From: a virus
Length of the DNA stretch: 13,124 bases
Reading direction: 5' to 3' (one strand)
Virus genome (UHGV): UHGV-1724027
Below, piece by piece: positions 7,140-13,124 of the stretch (its first letter is position 1; every line of letters begins with the position of its first letter). A program made the translations under genes and the position numbers. Below the pieces are notes generated by a model. The model was not told the origin of the DNA and ran no database searches. It was given only the letters and a program-made list of their open reading frames with translations.

Positions 7140-9785
7140 TTATTCAACCCATTCAAATTTAACCGTTTTATTCACTGGGTCAGGAATAATGCGAACATTA
7201 CCAATTCGCAAGAAATCACGAATAGTAAGATTCCCCATTGTAGCATTATCAGATGGTAAAGCACCGATATCAGATGGTTGAGGAGGGTTACCTCCGTCAA
7301 ATACCTGAACAAAACTTGACCAAGAGTTTTTGGTTTTCTGCCATGTACGTGTCCAGCGAGTGGTACGCGCTTCTGGCGTCGTTGGATAAGTAATCCAATC
7401 TTGGTAAAGCGAATCAAGTGTGTTACCAAACTGAGTCAGTGTACCAGGAGATTTAACTTCTTCGCCACGTTCTAAGTATGGAAGCCCAGTCACTTCATTA
7501 GTTTTTTCAACCATTTTAAAATAACCCGGGAACTGGTTATAAGTGGCTGAATCGTTAATATCGATTGACCAGAATCCTACAGTATCAGATGTTGGCGCAC
7601 GGGTGTATAAATCAGATGTTTTAGTACCCTGAGAACGAATTCTCGAGTTAACAGTTAAACCACCTGAATTTATAGTAGCACCTTTGGCAATGATTAAGCC
7701 TTCACCAATCGTAACCTGACCAGATGCATTATTAATAGCTAAAGGACGTAATCCATTAAATCCGCCAGTCTGATCACCAGATGCAGTAAGCATAAAATAG
7801 GTATTAGCAGCATCATTGCGAATAAAGAATCCGTAATCACCACTAATTGCTCTAAATGCATTTGCAGACTTGCTAATGAATTCACCATTGGCTGTAACTG
7901 AACGACCGAATGTTGCAACACCATTCACATTCATCAAACCGGAAGCATTAATATTTATTGGCATCACAGTACCATTAATGCTAAACGCTATATTACCGTC
8001 TTTATTACGTTGAGAATAAAAGTGATTAGACGTTTCATCACCAACTTCAAATACAGTAGAACGTGTTGTATCTGAACCGCCGCCAAACTGATTTCCCCAA
8101 ACTCTGATAGTCATCGTCTGTGCTGGGTTAGTTCCAGTTTGAGGTCCTTTCTCAAAAATCAGACGAGTTGCAGTTCCAGTATTAGAAATAGTTAATGTGC
8201 TGTTTGCCGAAACTGATCCGCCAAACGTAGCAGTACTAGATGATACAAGAGGGGCACTCAGATTCGTTTGTTGGGTTAAGGTTAGTGAACCATTAACCGT
8301 CTGTGCAATATCCCTACGAATGAACTGAGATGAATCTAGACCATCCAATAAATTACTATCTACAGCTTTTGCTTTTAATGGCAAATAATTTGCTAATACA
8401 CGGTTTAATTCATATGGTGATACTGCATAGCTATTTTTCTCGTATAGCTCTAAGTCCTGCGTAGAACCAGCTGTATCATTACCAACAAATGTAATTGAAC
8501 CAGATGAAGTTTTAACAAAGCCTCTTATCGCAGTAGTAGCTGCCCAAGTAGGTTCACTCTGCACAATCCATTTTAAATTTTTTGGAGATACAGCAGTATT
8601 TGCTGATGTTCCAGTCACAGTTTCAGACTGAGTTGCAACTTTAATAACACCTTCTTGCGATTCGGTAGATTTAGTACCTAAAAGCTTTTTAGGAGTTATT
8701 AAAACATTATCTAATGTTCCTGCAGCAGCTTCAACCTGTGTAGCTACACGAAGTGTACCACGCTGTGTCTCATTTGCTTCAAGAATATTAAGGGTATAAT
8801 GGTCCCAGAGAGTTCCTGATTCAACTAATCCAGATAGAGCAACAACAGAAGTACGATCAGTACTATTAAATCTGGTTTTAATTTTTAATGGTGTAGAGAT
8901 ACGAGTATCGTCGACGCCTGCGTCGAATTCAACTTGTGTAGCAATTTCAGCTATACCACTTAAACTTTCAGTTGCTCTACGGTCATTTAAAGTTTTAGGA
9001 GTGACTGCACGAGTATAATCAGTTCCTGTATTAACTTCACTTTGCGTAGCAATTTCAATTAAACCAATTCTTCCATCGGTTGATGTCTTTTTATGTAACG
9101 TTTCTGGCGTTACAACAGCATTTGCCCATCCTTCCTGACTTTGTCCAGCAATTACTTCACTTTCAACTGCTAAAATTACTGCACCTTGCTGCGTTGGAGT
9201 AGCTTTATACTGATCCAAAGCTTTAGGTGAAACAACTAAATTATTAGTGTTTTTATTATAAACATTCGTACCATTTAATTCACGGCTAGAAGCTGGAGTA
9301 GCACCTGCAGTAGATACAAAAGTTACAATACCAGATAATGATTCAGAACCTTGACGAGCTTGAAGCTTTTTAGGAGTGATGATTGTAGTGTCATCAGTAC
9401 CTGTATTAGTTTCCTGCTGCGTAGCAATTTCTGCGACACCTCTGCGAGTTTCTGTAGCAGTTCTTTCATTCAGCTTTTTAGGAGTGATGATAAGGTCATC
9501 AGCAAAAGAGAATGTGGTGTTCTGATTCACTTGAGCAGTAGTTGCTATTCTTGCGATACCTCTGCGAGTTTCAGTAGCAGTACGGTTAGCTAATGTTTCT
9601 GGAGTAATTGCTAATTCTTTTTGTGGAGAATTTTCTAAATCGACGTTAGCTTGAGCTTGTGTAGCTAAAGCAATTACGCCTAATCTTGCTCTAGTAGAAT
9701 CATTTAAAGAATCTACTCTTTCGACAGTTGGAACGTTTTGCTGTACAACCCAATATTTTCCATCAGAATCTTCAATATAAGCAAG
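7140..9785 (-). CDS. 34: gp34, long tail fiber proximal subunit: C-terminal ~881 codons, in a different frame from the N-terminal part because of a 1-nt frameshift
   Basis: The supplied ORF 7140..9530 starts at a GTG only because there is no in-frame start codon further upstream. I translated this frame by hand upstream to ~9785 and it stays open, reading LAYIEDSDGKYWVVQQNVPTVERVDSLNDSTRARLGVIALATQAQANVDLENSPQKELAITPETLANRTATETRRGIARIATTAQVNQNTTFSFADD..., a plausible continuation of gp34. The C-terminus ...KTVKFEWVE matches my recollection of T4 gp34. Confidence 0.85.
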   Translation of the reverse strand, partial: LAYIEDSDGKYWVVQQNVPTVERVDSLNDSTRARLGVIALATQAQANVDLENSPQKELAITPETLANRTATETRRGIARIATTAQVNQNTTFSFADDLIITPKKLNERTATETRRGVAEIATQQETNTGTDDTTIITPKKLQARQGSESLSGIVTFVSTAGATPASSRELNGTNVYNKNTNNLVVSPKALDQYKATPTQQGAVILAVESEVIAGQSQEGWANAVVTPETLHKKTSTDGRIGLIEIATQSEVNTGTDYTRAVTPKTLNDRRATESLSGIAEIATQVEFDAGVDDTRISTPLKIKTRFNSTDRTSVVALSGLVESGTLWDHYTLNILEANETQRGTLRVATQVEAAAGTLDNVLITPKKLLGTKSTESQEGVIKVATQSETVTGTSANTAVSPKNLKWIVQSEPTWAATTAIRGFVKTSSGSITFVGNDTAGSTQDLELYEKNSYAVSPYELNRVLANYLPLKAKAVDSNLLDGLDSSQFIRRDIAQTVNGSLTLTQQTNLSAPLVSSSTATFGGSVSANSTLTISNTGTATRLIFEKGPQTGTNPAQTMTIRVWGNQFGGGSDTTRSTVFEVGDETSNHFYSQRNKDGNIAFSINGTVMPININASGLMNVNGVATFGRSVTANGEFISKSANAFRAISGDYGFFIRNDAANTYFMLTASGDQTGGFNGLRPLAINNASGQVTIGEGLIIAKGATINSGGLTVNSRIRSQGTKTSDLYTRAPTSDTVGFWSIDINDSATYNQFPGYFKMVEKTNEVTGLPYLERGEEVKSPGTLTQFGNTLDSLYQDWITYPTTPEARTTRWTRTWQKTKNSWSSFVQVFDGGNPPQPSDIGALPSDNATMGNLTIRDFLRIGNVRIIPDPVNKTVKFEWVE
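8700..9700 (-). repeat. Imperfect tandem repeats within gene 34, encoding repeated (A/I)-E-I-A-T-Q...T-G-T-D...I-T-P-K-K-L units
   Basis: Near-identical DNA copies are visible: TGCGACACCTCTGCGAGTTTCTGTAGCAGT (9432..9461) and TGCGATACCTCTGCGAGTTTCAGTAGCAGT (9552..9581), 120 bp apart. AGCTTTTTAGGAGTGATGAT occurs at 9364..9383 and 9472..9491. A motif of the form TG(C/T)GTAGCAATTTC recurs near 8937, 9046 and 9414. The protein shows at least six matching peptide repeats. Confidence 0.7.
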
Positions 9786-11008
9786 TTGTAAACTGGAACA
9801 TAATTAGTTTCACCGTTAAAAACTAATTCTTGGACTGTAACCCATTCAGCTTCAGGCGGATATTCTGAGCGTTTTGGGAATTGCAGTAATTGAACTGAAG
9901 AAGCAATTTTATCTTCACCGGCAGCTTTGATTTTAACTGTTTGTCCTTTTCTCATGTAATTCATGGAAATTTTAACAGTATCACCAACAGAAATATCAGT
10001 AGGAAGCTGAAGCTCAATTGTTTGGGTTGTTCCGTTATTCGCACCAAATACCATAACTTCTTCGTTTGGACGAATATTAGAATTAGTCGTTATAATGCGT
10101 AAACGCGCTTTACTATCCCCGTCAAACAATCTCCACAATTTCTCATTATCATCAAACATCAAGAAACCGTCAATCGATGTACGGCCTTCAATGGAATGAG
10201 TTCCAACTTCTTGTACTGAAGTCGTTTCATCGTATGTAGTAACAATTGTATGATAAAGTGGATTTAGTTTATCTAAATCGACGAAATTAATAATATCTCC
10301 ATGATTAGCAAATCTCGGAAGTTTAATATTTATCGGTGCAGCAGAAGTAAATCTACGCACGATAAAATCATTAGATTGCGCTTGATAAGTATTCGCTGGT
10401 GTTACAACTACAGCTTCTCTACTATAATCAGCTACATACATTTGCCACAGACGATTACTAAAAATTAAAACTAGCTGTGACTTTGGATGAGTCATTAGTA
10501 CTGAACGTACCTGTTCACCTCTAAAGTTTACAATACTTTGCACTGGAGCTACAATTAAAACTTGGTTAACTCCAGGTTTTCCTCCAATATCTTGGAGAAC
10601 GATAGTATCACCGTCAATTGGGGTAGATGGTAAAGTAAATGTAATATCATTACCAGCTGCAGTGTTAACCGAAATAGCTTCACCGGATTTTAATTGATAT
10701 GAACCAGATGAGACTGTAATCCAGTTAGCATCGGTACGTAATGCTCTCCAGCGTCCGCTATTAAAAGCTCCTGCCGGTTTTGGAATATCATTTATAGCAG
10801 CCCAAAAGCGGTTATCATAAATGATTACAAAATCTTTTAAATATCCACGAGTTGGATCGTATTGTTGAACTGTGTTTTCTTGAATTAAGTAATCAACGTT
10901 AACACCGTCAGTTCCTACGGTACGATCAGCTAAAGCTACGTTGATTATTTTATCGCCACCTGCGTCCAGACCATCTTCTGCTCTGAACTTTCTTTTAATC
11001 TCGGCCAT
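9713..11008 (-). CDS. 34: gp34, long tail fiber proximal subunit: N-terminal fragment (431-aa ORF; first ~406 aa native, last 25 aa out-of-frame read-through to a TAG)
   Basis: N-terminus MAEIKRKFRAEDGLDAGGDKIINVALADRTVGTDGVNVDYLIQENTVQQYDPTRGYLKDF... matches my recollection of T4 gp34. After ...ETNYVPV the translation becomes low-complexity (YNLLILKILMENIGLYSKTFQLSKE*) while the -1 frame continues the fibre sequence. 406 + 2 + 881 = 1289 codons, the known length of T4 gp34. Confidence 0.85.
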   Translation of the reverse strand: MAEIKRKFRAEDGLDAGGDKIINVALADRTVGTDGVNVDYLIQENTVQQYDPTRGYLKDFVIIYDNRFWAAINDIPKPAGAFNSGRWRALRTDANWITVSSGSYQLKSGEAISVNTAAGNDITFTLPSTPIDGDTIVLQDIGGKPGVNQVLIVAPVQSIVNFRGEQVRSVLMTHPKSQLVLIFSNRLWQMYVADYSREAVVVTPANTYQAQSNDFIVRRFTSAAPINIKLPRFANHGDIINFVDLDKLNPLYHTIVTTYDETTSVQEVGTHSIEGRTSIDGFLMFDDNEKLWRLFDGDSKARLRIITTNSNIRPNEEVMVFGANNGTTQTIELQLPTDISVGDTVKISMNYMRKGQTVKIKAAGEDKIASSVQLLQFPKRSEYPPEAEWVTVQELVFNGETNYVPVYNLLILKILMENIGLYSKTFQLSKE

Positions 11009-11042
11009 TCTCCCGGGCTCCTATTGTGTTTTCAATAATAAG

Positions 11043-11050
11043 TATTTATA
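11043..11050 (-). promoter_or_regulatory. T4-type late promoter box TATAAATA (minus strand), upstream of gene 34
   Basis: Exact TATAAATA on the minus strand, about 35 nt upstream of the gene 34 ATG. An AGGAG RBS lies between the box and the start codon. Confidence 0.75.
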
Positions 11051-11053
11051 CTT

Positions 11054-11083
11054 GTTTACTTTAAGATTTGGATGGTATATAAT
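11054..11083 (+). promoter_or_regulatory. Putative sigma70/T4 early-type promoter for rnh (-35 GTTTAC at 11054..11059; -10 TATAAT at 11078..11083; 18-nt spacer)
   Basis: GTTTAC followed 18 nt later by TATAAT, about 30 nt upstream of the rnh ATG. This resembles the T4 early-promoter pattern as I recall it. It partly overlaps the divergent late promoter for gene 34. Confidence 0.4.
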
Positions 11084-11112
11084 AGAAATCTCACTAATTG
11101 AACGAGGTTCAT

Positions 11113-12030
11113 ATGGATTTAGAAATGATGTTGGATGAAGATTACAAAGAAGGAATTTGCTTTATTGACTTTAGTCAAATTGCGCTTTCAACTGCTTTAG
11201 TAAACTTCCCAGATAAAGAAAAAATTAATTTATCAATGGTTCGTCATTTGATATTGAACTCAATTAAGTTTAATGTCAAAAAAGCAAAAACGCTTGGATA
11301 CACTAAAATTGTACTGTGTATTGATAACGCGAAATCTGGATACTGGCGTCGTGATTTCGCTTATTATTATAAGAAAAACCGTGGAAAAGCACGAGAAGAA
11401 TCTACTTGGGACTGGGAAGGTTATTTTGAATCCAGCCATAAAGTTATAGATGAATTGAAAGCTTATATGCCATACATTGTTATGGATATTGATAAGTATG
11501 AAGCGGATGACCACATTGCTGTTTTGGTTAAAAAGTTCTCTTTAGAAGGACATAAGATTTTAATCATTTCATCGGATGGTGACTTTACACAGCTTCACAA
11601 ATACCCAAATGTTAAGCAATGGTCACCGATGCACAAGAAATGGGTTAAAATTAAAAGCGGTTCTGCTGAAATTGACTGTATGACTAAAATCCTTAAAGGC
11701 GACAAAAAGGATAACGTTGCTTCAGTTAAAGTACGATCTGACTTCTGGTTTACCAGAGTTGAAGGTGAACGAACTCCTTCAATGAAAACATCAATCGTTG
11801 AAGCTATTGCTAATGACCGTGAGCAAGCTAAGGTGCTTCTCACAGAATCTGAATATAATCGTTATAAAGAAAATTTAGTTCTAATTGATTTTGATTATAT
11901 TCCTGATAATATTGCTTCAAACATTGTGAATTACTATAATTCATATAAATTACCACCGCGTGGCAAAATTTATTCATATTTTGTAAAAGCGGGTCTTTCT
12001 AAATTAACTAATAGCATTAATGAATTTTGA
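11113..12030 (+). CDS. rnh: RNase H (5'-3' exonuclease / flap endonuclease, FEN family), 305 aa
   Basis: Translation MDLEMMLDEDYKEGICFIDFSQIALSTALVNFPDKEKINLSMVRHL... matches my recollection of T4 RNase H. The supplied ORF begins at a TTG at 11098; the ATG at 11113 with a GAGGT RBS 5 nt upstream gives the expected 305 aa. Confidence 0.93.
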   Translation: MDLEMMLDEDYKEGICFIDFSQIALSTALVNFPDKEKINLSMVRHLILNSIKFNVKKAKTLGYTKIVLCIDNAKSGYWRRDFAYYYKKNRGKAREESTWDWEGYFESSHKVIDELKAYMPYIVMDIDKYEADDHIAVLVKKFSLEGHKILIISSDGDFTQLHKYPNVKQWSPMHKKWVKIKSGSAEIDCMTKILKGDKKDNVASVKVRSDFWFTRVEGERTPSMKTSIVEAIANDREQAKVLLTESEYNRYKENLVLIDFDYIPDNIASNIVNYYNSYKLPPRGKIYSYFVKAGLSKLTNSINEF

Positions 12031-12038
12031 GGTGAATA

Positions 12039-12308
12039 ATGGCTAAAAAAGAAGTGGTTGAATTTGATGAAGCTATCCATGGCGAAGACTTGGCTAAATT
12101 TATTAAAGAAGCATCTGATCATAAACTGAAAATTTCCGGTTATAATGAACTGATTAAAGATATTCGAATTCGTGCCAAAGATGAACTTGGTGTTGATGGT
12201 AAGATGTTTAATCGTCTATTAGCTTTGTATCATAAAGATAATCGTGATGTGTTTGAAGCTGAAACTGAAGAGGTAGTTGAACTTTATGACACAGTTTTCT
12301 CTAAATGA
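12039..12308 (+). CDS. dsbA: DsbA, double-stranded DNA-binding protein (89 aa)
   Basis: An 89-aa acidic/basic small protein immediately downstream of rnh, matching T4 dsbA in size and position. ATG at 12039 with a GAGGTGA RBS. Confidence 0.85.
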   Translation: MAKKEVVEFDEAIHGEDLAKFIKEASDHKLKISGYNELIKDIRIRAKDELGVDGKMFNRLLALYHKDNRDVFEAETEEVVELYDTVFSK

Positions 12309-12624
12309 TATTCGTCCGGTCGATGAGACCGGTCTTTCAGAAAAAGAACTTTCAATTAAGAAAGAAAAGGATGAAATAGCAAAGCTTCTTGATCGTCAAG
12401 AAAATGGATTTATTATTGAAAAAATGGTAGAAGAGTTTGGAATGAGTTATCTTGAAGCTACGACAGCATTCTTGGAAGAAAATTCTATTCCTGAAACTCA
12501 ATTTGCTAAATTTATTCCTTCGGGTATAATTGAAAAAATTCAGTCAGAAGCTATTGACGAAAATCTTTTACGTCCTTCTGTTGTTCGTTGTGAAAAAACT
12601 AATACATTAGATTTTCTACTATGA
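12286..12624 (+). CDS. 33: gp33, late-transcription accessory protein (sigma co-activator), 112 aa
   Basis: Translation MTQFSLNDIRPVDETGLSEKELSIKKEKDEIAKLLDRQENGFIIEKMVEEFGMSYLEATTAFLEEN... matches my recollection of T4 gp33. The ATG at 12286 lies inside the 3' end of dsbA (23-nt overlap) and gives 112 aa; the supplied ORF starts earlier at a TTG at 12277. Confidence 0.9.
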   Translation: MTQFSLNDIRPVDETGLSEKELSIKKEKDEIAKLLDRQENGFIIEKMVEEFGMSYLEATTAFLEENSIPETQFAKFIPSGIIEKIQSEAIDENLLRPSVVRCEKTNTLDFLL

Positions 12625-13124
12625 TTAAACTCCGCATGCCTGCTGGTGGTGAAAGATACATTGATGGTAAATCAGTTTATAAATTATACTTAATGATAAA
12701 ACAACACATGAATGGAAAGTATGATGTAATTAAGTATAATTGGTGCATGCGGGTGTCTGATGCCGCTTATCAAAAGCGAAGGGATAAGTATTTTTTCCAG
12801 AAGTTATCAGAAAAATATAAATTAAAGGAACTTGCTTTAATCTTTATAAGTAATTTGGTTGCTAACCAAGATGCTTGGATTGGTGACATCTCTGACGCTG
12901 ATGCACTTGTGTTTTATCGTGAATATATCGGACGCTTAAAACAAATTAAATTTAAGTTTGAAGAAGATATTCGCAACATTTATTATTTTAGTAAAAAAGT
13001 TGAAGTTTCTGCTTTTAAAGAAATCTTTGAGTATAATCCAAAGGTTCAATCAAGCTATATTTTTAAACTACTTCAATCGAATATAATTTCATTTGAGACG
13101 TTTATCTTGCTTGATTCATTTTTA
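12621..13124 (+). CDS. 59: gp59, helicase loader (loads the gp41 helicase), 5' portion only; the ORF runs off the right edge of the window (168 codons present of ~217)
   Basis: Translation MIKLRMPAGGERYIDGKSVYKLYLMIKQHMNGKYDVIKYNWCMRVSDAAYQKRRDKYFFQKLSEKYKLKELALIFISNLVANQDAWIGDISDADALVFYREYIGRLKQIKFKFEEDIRNIYYFSKKVEVSAFKEIFEYNPKVQSSYIFKLLQSNIISFETFILLDSF matches my recollection of T4 gp59. Its ATG overlaps the gene 33 stop (ATGA). It is absent from the ORF track because it is truncated by the window edge. Confidence 0.9.
   Translation, partial: MIKLRMPAGGERYIDGKSVYKLYLMIKQHMNGKYDVIKYNWCMRVSDAAYQKRRDKYFFQKLSEKYKLKELALIFISNLVANQDAWIGDISDADALVFYREYIGRLKQIKFKFEEDIRNIYYFSKKVEVSAFKEIFEYNPKVQSSYIFKLLQSNIISFETFILLDSFL

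Noticed and set aside
7090-7924. ORFs 7090..7281 (+), 7172..7429 (-) and 7739..7924 (-) inside or overlapping gene 34
   Set aside because: They are alternative-frame or antisense ORFs within the gene 34 coding region, with no independent support.
9351-9593. Plus-strand 80-aa ORF with internally repeated peptide (LFRSDD...CDTSASF twice)
   Set aside because: The repetition simply mirrors the tandem DNA repeats of gene 34 read on the antisense strand. It is not an independent gene.
9783-9805. Programmed ribosomal frameshifting as the explanation for the gene 34 frame change
   Set aside because: There is no canonical slippery heptamer (X XXY YYZ) and no obvious downstream pseudoknot at the junction. 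A 1-nt indel, from a sequencing error or a mutation, is the simpler explanation.
10941-11843. ORFs 10941..11138 (+), 11260..11514 (-) and 11595..11843 (-)
   Set aside because: The first overlaps the gene 34 start and the promoter spacer. The other two are antisense inside rnh, whose identity is very strong.
1-13124. CRISPR arrays, tRNA genes, IS elements or transposases, group I introns or homing endonuclease genes
   Set aside because: No regularly spaced short direct repeats, no cloverleaf-like conserved tRNA segments and no transposase-like or endonuclease-like ORFs are present. All intergenic spacers are under 110 bp and are accounted for by promoters, RBSs and hairpins.

Overview
This window is the long-tail-fiber locus of a T-even (T4-like, Tequatrovirus-type) coliphage, and I see no previously undescribed system in it: every ORF is accounted for by well-known T-even genes. 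On the minus strand, in transcription order: gene 34 (proximal half-fiber, here broken by a 1-nt frameshift), 35, 36, 37 (distal half-fiber, 1303 aa), 38 (glycine-rich adhesin, 264 aa) and the 5' part of holin gene t, which runs off the left edge. On the plus strand, divergent from gene 34: rnh (RNase H/FEN), dsbA, gene 33 and the 5' part of gene 59, which runs off the right edge. Protein identities rest on my reading of the supplied translations against remembered T4/T2 sequences; no database search was possible. The gene 37/38 pair is of the T2/T6 type rather than the T4 type: gp37 ends in an apparent self-cleaving chaperone module (S-D-I-R-L-K motif) and gp38 is a Gly-rich adhesin. Two exact T4 late-promoter boxes (TATAAATA), one intrinsic terminator and a second UUCG-tetraloop hairpin are visible. 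The main points worth a second look are the gene 34 frameshift, the gp37 C-terminal module and the gp38 adhesin. No tRNA, CRISPR array, IS element or intron was seen.
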